Shown: piece by piece, positions 1-17,092 of the stretch | Layout of the letters: each line of letters begins with the position of its first letter | Position numbering within the stretch: position 1 is the stretch's first letter | NCBI RefSeq assembly: GCF_009914755.1 | Contig: NC_060941.1 | Length of the DNA: 64,000 bases | DNA from: the human T2T-CHM13v2.0 reference genome, Homo sapiens | Reading direction: 5' to 3' (one strand) | Made by a program: the position numbers and the translations under genes | The notes under the pieces: generated by a model | Database searches by the model: none | Told to the model about the DNA's origin: nothing | What the model saw: the letters and a program-made list of their open reading frames with translations, nothing else

Positions 1-1169
1 ATGCAACTAGTTTATCACTTTAGAAGACTTCTGGGGCCAGAGAAGGCAAAAAAAAAAAAATCATTAACTATTAAAACAAAATTATAAGAATATGCAACAG
101 AAATTAAATAACTTGAGTAATCTGCTTATCTATTTAAGTTCATGTTAGGCCTTAAAAAATTATATATATATAATTACCTCATCTACAGCCAGAATAAAAA
201 AAAAATCTTAAAAGAAACTATACTGGTAAAAAGAATTTGGATGGAAATAGCTCTAGAAAAACTAATACAACTTACAGACAGGTAAATTTCATAAGATATA
301 ATCTTACGTTTTATTAATTCAAACACTAATAGCTGCTATATGTAAACAGCTGGAGAAAAAAACCAAACTAGAAGAAATGAGTATTTCATGCTGTTTAGAA
401 AAATGAAATAAATATGAAAGTAGTGATATATTAAAATATTTACTGTTTGATACCTCAAGCCTTTTAAGGGCAATATGAAGGAATTTCTAAAAATCAGTTT
501 GCTTTATAACTTCAAAATAAAGTCCATGACTCAATGACAGCAGTTGATAGAGGTCAATTCTGATCAAGTTAAAGATCATATAGTGGGATGAAGTCTCCCA
601 GACCTGGTCCATTACCAAGGCACAAAAGATACAGTTTCTCCAGATGTCAGGGGGGAAAATGACTTGGCACCGCATCACACACTTAAAATCCAATAGGGTT
701 CCTTTAATGCAACACAGCACTGTGCGTCAAAGCATACCCTGGTGTAAAGGCAGTGAAATGGACAGAAACACCATTATTTGTGTTTCATTTCCTGAATGCC
801 TTATAAACATGCACAACAAAATGCTCCTGATCCCCATCAGAGAGGATGAAAACAACCCAAATGTGCCCTTTCCACCTCCTCCCCTGGTATTGGTGCTTGC
901 GCCTCAGCACTGAGGCTTGGAGTTGTCTTCTCAAACCATCATTGTCCGGTGGGAAATTCACCGAGAAAGGAAACGTGGGATAGGAAGTCTGTTACCAAAA
1001 TAGAAATTAGTATTAAAAAGACCGATCCTACGCTCCCTCCACCCTCTCATACAAGACAAAATAAAAAAAACCTCCGTAAACTTGCCCTACCGTCACGAAG
1101 ATCACACAAGCTCCGATCAAATGTGCTTCTCGATCATCTTTTAGGCAAGAGAGCGCTTGGGGTGCATTT

Positions 1170-1970
1170 TCGGCCCCTCATCTCCCACCCCCAGTCAAGC
1201 CAGGCCCCTGGACTGACAGGAAAGGCTGGCCGGACGTTGGCTCGGACGGGAAAGGCGGTTATTTTCGCCGAAGCCGCTCACGCTAAGGGTGAAGTAATGT
1301 AGGGCCAGAGGTAACACGGCTTAGGCTGTGGGCAAGGCCTCCGAACTGACTAAAGATAGGCAGGACACGGCAGCAGGGGAGGCGGGAGAAGCAGCCGGGC
1401 CTAGGCCGCACCAGGCCGCGGAGTGGCCCTACGCTGCTGCTTCCCGACCGAGGCTGCCAGCCAAGCCCCAGAGAAGAAGGTTATCATTACCTGGACGGGT
1501 TCCTGCAGCACCGTCATCCTCGAGGCTCAGGCCCACTTTCTGCAGTGCCTCAGGCCCCCCCTGTAGCGGCTCCGGCCCGGCCAGCCCCTGCTCATTTAAA
1601 CTCACCAGCGACCGTTACCGGGGGATGGGGGAGGCCGAGCGATTGCCGAGTGCTTCCGAGCGGGACACGGGAATACCCGAAGTGGAGAAAGCCGAGCGGG
1701 AACCAGACGGAAAAGCCCGAAGGGAGTCGGAAATACCCGAGGTTGGTCGACGAGAGAGAAAACCGTTGCCGGAAATTGTCGAAGATTACCGGAAGCTACC
1801 GAGTCTGACCCAAAGCGTAGGTTTCTCTTCTCAGCCACGCCTTCAGCCACGCACACCACGCCCAATCGGCCGTCCCAGGGTTGGGCTACGCCAAATCTGC
1901 AACCAGCAGGCTGGGCGTGGCGTGACAGCGCGGGCGGGTAGCGTTACGTGGCGGGGCTGCAGTGTGGATT
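1170..1970. promoter_or_regulatory. CDC27: CpG-island promoter and 5'UTR of CDC27
   Basis: High GC and CpG density around exon 1; ETS-like CCGGAA at 1769 and 1789, CCAAT at ~1862, GC box at ~1932, ATF-like TTACGTG at ~1944. Confidence 0.88.
1491..1517 (-). CDS. CDC27: CDC27 (APC3) coding part of exon 1, MTVLQEPVQ; the gene continues off the left edge
   Basis: Minus strand reads ATG ACG GTG CTG CAG GAA CCC GTC CAG|GTAATG, the known CDC27 N-terminus followed by a GT donor at 1490-1489. Positions 1-1490 are intron 1. Confidence 0.96.
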
Positions 1971-3249
1971 AGCCCCTCAGCCCTTTTGGATTAATTGGTG
2001 TGCTGTAGATTATGAAGCAAAGGGTGAAACAGCAGAGTTTGGGGCTGTCTTTAATGAATCAACAAGTATTTGTCTATTGAGTTTAGATCATTCGTCCATT
2101 CCAGAAGTATCTACTCACGGCTCTGGGGGAAAGCTAAAGAAATTTGGAAAGATTGCCACTCCCCAAAGACATAGGATAGCTTCTGTCTTCAAGGAGATTA
2201 AGGTCTATTTAAGGGAAAAGCAGTGTAACAGAGAACGCTATATTATATGGTGCCTATTATAAGTAATATAAAAATTCAGAGAGGGCAATTGTGATAAGAT
2301 AAGGAAAGTTCTATGGAAGGAAAAAAAAGTTTAAAATGGAGTTTGAAGGATGGGTAAAATTAGAGGAAAAAGAAGTATAGGAAAGTGAAGGGAGGAAAAA
2401 TGGGATCAGTCTGCTAAGAAGGCATTAATTGGAAATAGTTACTTAGGTGAAGAGATCATGGAAAAGCTCAATAGGCCATTAGAAATTTTTATTTTTGATA
2501 GGTGAGGCATTCCGCTGTGGTGGGAAGAGTAGGGGGTCGGAAATTCAGAGGCCTGGTTTTGAATTTTATCTTTAGCACTAACTAGTCATAGGTCCTTGGC
2601 AAATTACCTCTCTGAACTTATGTTCGCTTAGTTTGAAAAAAAAGGATTAAGAGAATTCGATGTATTATAAATGTGGCCGTGTCTAGCATGCAATGTAGAC
2701 TCTCTCATATTTCCTTTCTGCTCCCCTTCTCCCCCCAAAAAGAGTGAACCAGGGGACTGTTTAAATTTTGTTTTTCAGCAGATGAGGAAACAGTTTTTGA
2801 AAGTTACTTTTCTAGTCAGGAGCTCTCTAGGCTAGATGTGAGAATCATGATATATTCCATTGCTTGGAAATTTCCCTTTGGGTGATGTTAGAGGGAGATA
2901 TTTTTTCTTTCATTTTTAAAAACAAGGCTGACAGAGCTACACTGCATCCTTCTCCACCGCCTTGTCTTGTCACTGTATATATACTTATAGCCCCTAAAGG
3001 GCAGGTGCTAAGATGATTTTTGGCTGCCCTGTGCCCAGTTGCTTTAGCGGGATTATGCTGGATGACTTGAGTGGTAACAGACTTTTACACTGGCCTGGAA
3101 AGTAGCCATTAGCTATTTAAAGTTTAAGTTAAAATGAAATTAAAAATGAAGTTCTTCAGATGCCCTAGCCACATTCCAAGGATTCAGTAGCCCTGTATGT
3201 GGCTAGTGACTGCCATATTGGACAGTCACACAGATATAGAAGAACATCA

Positions 3250-3631
3250 CCAGCACTGGCTTGGCTAGGGCTGAAAGATTCAAGATGGCTTCACTCACAT
3301 GTCTAGGGTGTCAGTGGTAGCTATTGGCTGGGTCCTTCATTTCTTCTCTGCATGACCTCTCTTTTCACACTGGCCTCTTATGAGTCAGTAGTTTAGCTCC
3401 AGCTTCTTGACTTGGTGGTTGACAACAAAGTGCGCAAAAATAGAAGCTGTGAGGTCCCTTAGGCCTAGGCCTGTGAGCATCACTTCTTGTTGGTCAGAGT
3501 AAGACTCAGAGCCACCCTGGATTCACCAGGAGGAATAGTCTACTTCTTAATGGGAAGAGTGGCAAAGTAACACCACAAAGGGCGTGTGCCATGGGAGGAG
3601 TTTTTGGGTCATCTTTGGAAACAATCTACCA
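3250..3631. mobile_element. Old MaLR LTR (MLT1-type) remnant
   Basis: MLT1-like segments CAAGATGGCTTCACTCACAT and GTCATCTTTGGAAACAATCTACCAC. Confidence 0.55.
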
Positions 3632-3820
3632 CGCTAGATATGAGATGAGAGTATCTAAGATTGGGAATGGAAAGAAAGGGATAAGTAAGAGCTATCACTC
3701 TTAAAATGTGACCCTTTCAACTGAACACAGTACTCCAGATTTATTCTGAATAATTCAGAATGCAGTTGGACTATTATTATCTGGACACGTCTATTAAAGT
3801 GGACTACAGTTGTATTTACA

Positions 3821-4113
<293 letters not shown>

Positions 4114-4417
4114 TGTATTTACATTTTTTAGCAGTCACATGACACTGTTTGCTCATGCTAAACTTGTGTGGTCATTTACGGACTCAGCTCTTTTTCATAC
4201 AACATGCTGCCAACCCAAGTCTTGTATGTGTGCAGCAGAGTTTTGTAAACCTAAATATAGGACCTTACCACAGAGGATACATAAAGATGATACTTTGTGA
4301 AAATATGGATCTAGAGTCAGCATTTAAAGAGCCTCTGATGCTTGGCACTCTGGCTTATAGGCTTAGAATTTGCCTAAAGCCTTTTTTCTTTTTTTAACCT
4401 AAAAAAGAGCATTTCCT

Positions 4418-5006
<589 letters not shown>

Positions 5007-5611
5007 GCATCTCCTTTCTGATTGTTGTTGACCAGGCTAATACATCTGTTGTGGTTTCTACTCATCCACAGCAAAGCCACATTGTTTGAAGTACTTTGAT
5101 GGGGTATTTTGGAGTGTTTTTACTTCCTTCTCTGCTCCTAATTGACCTACTTAAACTCGCTATTCATCAACCACTTGGGCATCCTGCTGTCATCCGTTAT
5201 CCAATATGTTTGGCTAGTGAGTGGAGTTGGGTTACAACAGCATTATTCCAAAAATGGAATTGGAAAATTATTTTTTCTCCTAAGCCTGCTTCTTGGTCTA
5301 TTTCATATTCAGTCAGATTTGGAGGCTGGCATTTAGGGAACTATTCAAAAAGCTAGACGTGATATCAGTAGCAAAATGTAGGTCCCACTGAAACATAGCC
5401 CAGAGTAAGTGTACTCTCCTGAAGTCTTTCAGTCCTCCTTGTCTGTACCCTTCATTTTGTCCCTGTTGCGTGCGGTTTTATGGCCTCCTTACCTGACCTT
5501 GCACCCCACCACCCCCACCCCACCCTCACCATGTTTACTCTTTGGTCAAATCATCCTCTTCTTTTGGCTTCTCTAATGACACCATCTCCTAGCTTTCCTC
5601 CTACTGCTCTG

Positions 5612-6437
<826 letters not shown>

Positions 6438-7108
6438 TGAAAAATTTGTATCTCCAGCCAGACTACTTTTTAGAGCTCCAGGCCCAAATGACTAACTGCC
6501 AAGAGGACACCTTTATCTGGATGTCTCATAGGTACTTTGTTCGGAATGGAACCCCTCATTGTCTTAAAATATTTCCTATCCCAGTTTAAGATATCACCAT
6601 CTTTTCCATTGCCCAAAAGATTAGATAAGGGTTAGTTTAACAAGGTTTGTACAGATTTCTTCCCAGCCTCAGCTCTGTCTCTGGTGATAAGAATGGCTTT
6701 CTCCTGGTACAAGGAGGGCATCTTTCACATGGAGTTTTATCTCCTGGTTTCAGTAAGAAAAAGGAAGGCCAGAGTGCTCTTCTTGCATATGCTGTTTTTC
6801 AAGTGTATATTATTCTCAAAATAATCCTTATGCCAAAGTGGCATATATCAGTGTGGCATATTTTGACTCTACAACTCCAATATCTAGTCGCAACGACCTG
6901 CCAATTTTACCTCCTAAATATATCTTCATGTTTCTTCCTTCCTGTATCTTATCTACCTCCAAAAATAAGTCTGATCATGTTAGGACTCCTCTCCCTGTCT
7001 TCCCCCACCCCCCAAATTCAGGACTTACCTTCAGGTCTAGTAGCTGCCTCTTTATTCAGCCTTATCTCACTCATGTCTCCTTTATAGTCCACCTTCCAAT
7101 TACATAGA

Positions 7109-7966
<858 letters not shown>

Positions 7967-8390
7967 ATCACCCACTCTCTTGCCTCACAGGCTTTGCATG
8001 TACTGCACTCTCCCCAGAACCCTCTTAATTCCACTCTTCATCTTAATTCTATTCTTCATCTGGCTAGCTCTGCTTATCCTCCAAATATACTTCTTCCAGG
8101 CCTTTTCTGCTCCTCTGGGATAGCTTGGCTCTCCCTGCTGTTACTCTAGTGCTACCAGACTTGTCATTACTCCCATCACTCTTTGCTGTAATTAATTATC
8201 TGTTTAATTGTCTACTTCTGGTCTAGTCTATAAGCTCCATGAGGGCAGAAGCCCTGTCTGCCTTGTTCCCTGTGTATTCTCAACACTTAGTACAGTATCT
8301 GGCATCTAATGGGAACTTAGTATTATTTGTTTAATGAATGAATAGAATAAACTCACTGTGTTCCTAGTATTATTTTTGTTTGTTGATTGA

Positions 8391-8770
8391 TGTTATAGAC
8401 TGGTTGCATCTCCTCAAAATTCATATGTTGAAGCTAACCCCTAGTGTGGCTGTATTTGGACATGGGGTCTCTAAGAAAGTGATTAAAGTTAAATGATATC
8501 ATAAAGATGGGGCCCTGATCCGACAGAATTAGTGTCCTTATAAAAAGATGCACAGGAAAGTTTGATCTCTCTGTGGGCATTCACCAAAGAAGGGTCATAA
8601 GAGGACACAGGGAAAAGGCCAACATCTAGGAAGAGAGCCCTCACCAGAATCTGTTTTGCCAGCACTTTGATCATGGACCTCTAGCCTCCAGAACCATGAG
8701 AAAATAAATCTCTAATGTTCAAGCCACCCGGTGTGTGGTATGTTGTTATGGCAAGCCCAGGTAGACTTAT
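8391..8770 (+). mobile_element. MLT1A-like MaLR solo LTR
   Basis: Starts TGTTATAGACTG...AAAATTCATATGTTGAAG; ends with MLT1-type TAGCCTCCAGAAC..GAGAAAATAAA...TGTTATGGCA. Confidence 0.75.
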
Positions 8771-9433
8771 ATAATTGATTATTCTGTTTATGTCTTGTCT
8801 CCCTAATGCAAGGGCCAAGTCTTATATTTCTGTATATTGTTCTTTGAAAAACACCACATATGTAGAAAATTCTTAAGAAATATATTGACTGAGTGATTAA
8901 AGTGGAAGTCTTTCTACATATTATTCTTTCTTCCTGAAATACATTTCCCTTACTCTTTGACCAGTGAAATTCTATTTATTCTTCAAGCCTCAGCTTCAGT
9001 ATCACATCCTCAGAATATTCCTAGACCTACCTAATTTAAATTCTTAGCTCCAGCCTGTTATTCTCTCTCATGCCATTTTTGTTCTTTTCTTTCATAGTAT
9101 GTATGGTAATTTTAATCGTATTTGTTTAATATAAGCTGCATTGAAGGCAGGGACCTTGGTTTGAACATTATGTCCCCATCACCTAGTTCAGTGCCCTGCA
9201 CAAATATTATAAAATATATAAATATTTTTTGTTGTTGTTGTTTTGCTAAAATATTATAATATTTCGCTCTTGTTTCGTTAAAATATTGTAAATATATAAA
9301 TATTTTTGAAATATCTGATGATTGAATGACTTGATGACTTAATTTCATCTCACTGATCTAAACATGATGCTTTTTTTTTGACTCCCCCTTTCTGGGCCCA
9401 GAGAACATGCTGGTCTTGCACATAAATCCTTAA

Positions 9434-9743
<310 letters not shown>

Positions 9744-9893
9744 AAATCCTTAAGGGATTTAAAGTCAAGGCAGTATCTGAAGTATTGAGACTATTCAGAA
9801 AATGCATCTTGATTGAGATGAGCTCCGAGATGTGCTAAATGGCGTATGACTAGGGCGCCTAGGGCTGACTCAAAAGCACAGGGAAATAAACTA

Positions 9894-10205
9894 CAGACAG
9901 CCCCCAAGTTATGATTTTTTGACTTTATGATGGTGTAGAAGCAATGTGCAGTCAGTAGAAACTGTACTTCAGATACCTATACAACCATTCTGTGTCTCAC
10001 TTTCAGTACAGTATTCAATACATGAGATATTCAGCACTTCATTATAAAATAGGATTTGTGTTAGATAGCTTTGCCCAACTGTAGGCTAAGGTGAGTGTTC
10101 TAAGCACGTTTAAGGTAGGCTTTGCTAAACTATGATGTTCAGTAGGTTAGGTGTATTAAATGCATTTTTGACTTGATATTGTCAACTGATGGTGGGGAGC
10201 ATCTG
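9894..10205 (-). mobile_element. MER47-like (TcMar-Tigger) non-autonomous DNA transposon
   Basis: TA-flanked ends CAGACAGCCCC... and ...GGGGAGCATCTG; the interior matches MER47A as recalled. Confidence 0.75.
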
Positions 10206-11052
10206 TAATAAAGGCAGGAGACTATAAGCAAATTAGCTTGTCTGGACTGGAGGCTGTATAAGCTTGGTTGAAATGGTGGTGTTGGGGACAGCTGATAAAA
10301 ACCTTTGGGTTCCTGGCTGATGACTTTAGTTTTGATAAAATAGACCAAAGGAGCTGTTGATGATGATTGAGCTGGAGAGTGACCTCATGAGACCAGAATT
10401 TGAAAAAGATTATGCTAACAGCTGAGGATTATGTGCATTGGAGGAGAGAAAGACTAGGGGCTAGCAATGCAGCAGAGAGGCTGCCAGGGAGTCTGGGCAA
10501 CTCTGAATATTCACTATTCTAGGATCTTAGATGGTTGAATCTGAAAAAAGATAGAAAATTTAAACAGTTTTGAGTTACTAACTTAAAATGAGAAATATTC
10601 TTATCCAATTCCTTGACCTGAAGGCATTCAGATTCTAACCAGAAGACTGCTTACTGAGTACAGACTTAGAACAAAAAGAGTAAATTTAATGATCTTAGTG
10701 GCTGTCATCTCTTTTTTTCCTCAGAAGTGACGTATATACCTGACTACTAGATAAAAAATATCTATAGCATCTGGAGTGGATGCCCACCAAATAATAGATT
10801 ATTTGCTTCTCTCTTTTCTAACTAGGCTCTAAGCAGCCTCATTTTTTCTCTGGGTAAATTGCAGAGCAATGGATTAAACACAGATTGATTATATTTTAGT
10901 ATTCAGTTTACACCGTAGCTGTCTTGAATAGACTTTGTTTTTGTTACAGATATGTGATTTGGGAGATAGAGGCTGATCTAGGTTTAAACCAGACTGAGTT
11001 GGGAGAGCCTCAGATGAGAAATATCCAAAGGTTAATTGAAAACGTGAAGCTT

Positions 11053-11719
<667 letters not shown>

Positions 11720-12083
11720 TCAGGCAGAACTAAAAGCATCTTTTAGTTGCGCACCTTCTTTCAGTTGTACGATCCTCCCGCCTTGGCCTCCCAAAGTACT
11801 GGGATTATAGGCATGAGCCACTGTGCCCAGCCTGCAGGTACTTCTACTAAGATGAATAAGAGACCATTCCTGGCCCCAAGGAGCTCACTGTCTGGTGTAG
11901 AGGATGCAGACATACAAATACGTAGTTTTAATATAATGATAAATAGTTTCACAAAGATTTTACAAGGCATTACATTAACAAATGTGTACCTGTAATCCCA
12001 GCTTCTTGGAGACCCTGTCTCAAAAAAAAAAAAAAGTACCTGCATATTGTAGGTGCTCAATACATGTTAGTTGTAGTAAAGTC

Positions 12084-12390
<307 letters not shown>

Positions 12391-13235
12391 TAAGTGTTAG
12401 TTGAATGAATGAATGAGAGTAATCTGAATGAGGGAGAGGAGAGTTGGTGGCAGAATTTTGGTGTTACAAGCATAGCAGAGAAGGCCCAAGACAAGCACAC
12501 TAGATCTAGTCACAGGGAAGTCACTGGTGGTGTGCTAGAGAGGAAGTCAGAATTCAAGAAGTAAAAGAGGAAGTCAGTGGAAAGGGAAACTGAGAAGAAA
12601 GAATAATCTTTAGCATTAAAAATATATCCCCAATTGCTGAGAAAGGATTTAGGCTCTTTTTGCTTACTGAGAGATACCCATGCTGTGGGTTCCAGGGCCG
12701 TCTCTTCTACTGATGTCTCCTTGCTTCCTTGCCCCCTTGGGGGCTAAGCTTCTCCGTCAGAGAACCCTTTTGTCAGTTCTGCCAGCTCCCATGGTTGTCT
12801 TAGCATCCTGCATTCTAGTCTCAGGTCGGTCATAACTCAGTGTGACGTTGGGCAAGTCACCCCCTTCTCTCTGGACCTCTGAAGTTCCTTGTAGCTGTTA
12901 GCATATCTGGGATGATGCAGTTTGGATGACTGGTGAGGATTCCAACTTGCTCTCTGCTGCTTTGCAACTATAAATCTCTGCCAAACACCAGCTATCCTGC
13001 CCTCTGCTTTAGATCCCTAGGTAGACTCTAACCCACCTTAGGCAGGCTCCCTCCCAGTGTCCTTCTCACAGGATTCAGTTCACACATATGTCACTAGACA
13101 GCACTGCCTTGACTGCAGTACAGAAATGAGCTTCAACCATTTAAACAATTGAGTGATGAGGCTGAACATATAGCATTCTCCACCTATGCTAAAGCAGTCA
13201 AGGAAATGAAGTTTGAGAGGATGATTTAAAGTGTT

Positions 13236-13537
13236 GGCTGGGCGCTATGGCTCATTCCTGTAATCCCAGCACTTTGGGAGGCCAAGGCAGGTGGATCACT
13301 TGAGGTCAGGAGTTTGAGACCATCCTGGCCAACATGGTGAAACCCTGTCTCTACTAAAAATACAAAAATTAGCTGGGCATGGTGGCGGGCACCTGTAATC
13401 CCAGCTACTGAGGAGGCTGAGGCAGAAGAATCGCTTGAACTAGGGAGGCAGAGGTTGCAGTAAGAGATCGAGCCACTGCACTCCAGCCTGGGTGACAGAG
13501 TGAGACTCCGTCTCAAAAAATAAATAAGTAAAAAATA
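13236..13537 (+). mobile_element. Alu
   Basis: Alu consensus; TSD TAAAGTGTT. Confidence 0.9.
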
Positions 13538-13792
13538 AAGTGTTGTGATAGCTAGTTTTACTGTGGTCCTTGAACTTTGATTTTAGACACCTTTCCCCTC
13601 CTTTTCTGCTTTCATTTTTGGTGTTCTGGGCCTTATGAATTATTGAGCCTTCAGGTGATTCATTGCTTTTTTTTTCCTCCCTCCTTGGTGGGAAGGATTC
13701 TTATATACAGAGGATTGGGTTAATCATTCTCCTGATTTATGGCCTTCTTTCTTCAGTGGTCCATGCAACGCCTTTCTTGTTTAATTACTTAT

Positions 13793-14171
<379 letters not shown>

Positions 14172-14254
14172 TGAATACTTTTAATGTGTATTTTTTTGTT
14201 TGTATGTGTTCTTGGATAATGGGTAATGCTTCTAGTATGTGTGTATTATTAAAA

Positions 14255-15285
<1,031 letters not shown>

Positions 15286-15286
15286 A

Positions 15287-15575
15287 ATTTATTTATTTAT
15301 TTATTTATTTACTTATAGACAGAGTCTCATTCTGTTGCCCAGGCTGGAGTGCAGTGGTACAATCTCGGCTCACTGCAGCCCTGCTTCCCTAGTTCAAGCA
15401 ATTCTCTTGTCTCAGCCTCCTGAGTATCTGGAATTACAGGCATGCACTGCCATGCCCAGCTGATTTTTGTATTTTTAGTAGAGACAGGGTTTCACCATGT
15501 TGGCCAGGCTGGTCTTGAACTCCTGACCTCAAGTGATCTGCCTGCCTCAGCCTCCCAAAGTGCTGGGAATACTGG
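15287..15575 (-). mobile_element. Alu with (TTTA)n tail and damaged 5' end
   Basis: Alu consensus, reverse strand. Confidence 0.88.
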
Positions 15576-16893
15576 GCTAAAACATTTCGACTTCTATCTT
15601 TCATATCCCTTTTTTTAAATTGTCAATTAAATGTAAACGTACTATCCTCCATATCTCTTAGCTTTTCTTTTATGTTTTCTATTTCTTTGCCCTCTTTTTT
15701 CTTCTGGGAGATAGTCTTTCTTGTTTTTCAATTCCCTAATTTGTTTCCCAGCTATATCTATTCTGCCACTTTTCAAATCTATTATGTGCTCTATTTTGGT
15801 GATTACTTTTTCATACATAAGATATCTGCTTGTTTTTTAAAAATATTTTTTCTTATTTCATCTATTATACTTTTTATAGTTGATATTCTGTTTGTTCTTT
15901 ACATTTTCTTGTCCTGGTGTCATATTAGTAATATTTTCGTTTATCTCTTTTAGCATGATTTTTGGGCTACTTTTAAAATCTTGGTCCATCTGTTGTCATA
16001 TTTCCACTTAAGTTACACTGTGTAATCAAGTAAGTTGTATCCTTTCGGATGAGTTGTGCTATTCAGGTGTCTTGTTATTTTGTCCTTGGCCATACAGGTT
16101 GTTCTGTCCAACAATGCATACTAGTGCCATTGAGCTTAGAGGTTGAAGGCTGGGGGTGAATGAGCCCTAAAACCGAGAACGCTTGGCTCCCAAACTCCCA
16201 AGTGTGTCATGCTCAGACTCATAAAATAACTCTCCATGTCAGGGCTTCACCCTTTGCCCTCCCATCAGGGAAAAGCAGCCTTAGGAGTACAGGCATGAGC
16301 CACCGTGTCTGTGGCCAAAACACTTCTTAGAGTATAGTTCACATGCCCTGGAAATTTAGAGGGCTAAGGAGGGGGAACATTTGTCTAAAGTTGGGTTGCC
16401 CCCTTACCTGTTTTGATCACAAGCACAGTGCATCTCCAGTGCTTTGCTGTTACTCTTACCAACACCCGGACCACAGTTTGAGTCATGGCGAGTGAGGGAG
16501 TAGCACCGTTTGTCATAAGACAGTGGTGGAGGAAAAGGGAGATCAGAACCCTGAGAGCTCCTTTTCTTTTTTTAATCATTCCACAGCTGTGCCTGGCCAC
16601 TTCCTGCCTCTAATCAAAGCCACCCTTCTACCACACACACCAATTCAAAACAAGGTCCTCTCCTTCACCCAAGGGGTTTCTCGAGTTTTTCTTCATTTCT
16701 TGATATTTTCTCTTTGTAACTCTTCTGCGGGTGATCTTGGGATAGGGAGCCATGGTCACAGTAGTTCCATCAGGATCCAAGCTTAAAGATCTTGAGTAGT
16801 TGCTTTGTGCTAGACACTTTATTCTACATGTGCCACCTGTATTAACTCATTTAATCTTCACAACTACCTTGTAGTTATAACAGCCACATTTTA

Positions 16894-17092
<199 letters not shown>

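Noticed and set aside
1328-1972. 214-aa plus-strand ORF antisense to CDC27 exon 1
   Set aside because: It has a non-ATG start, lies in a stop-poor CpG island, and shows no recognisable homology.
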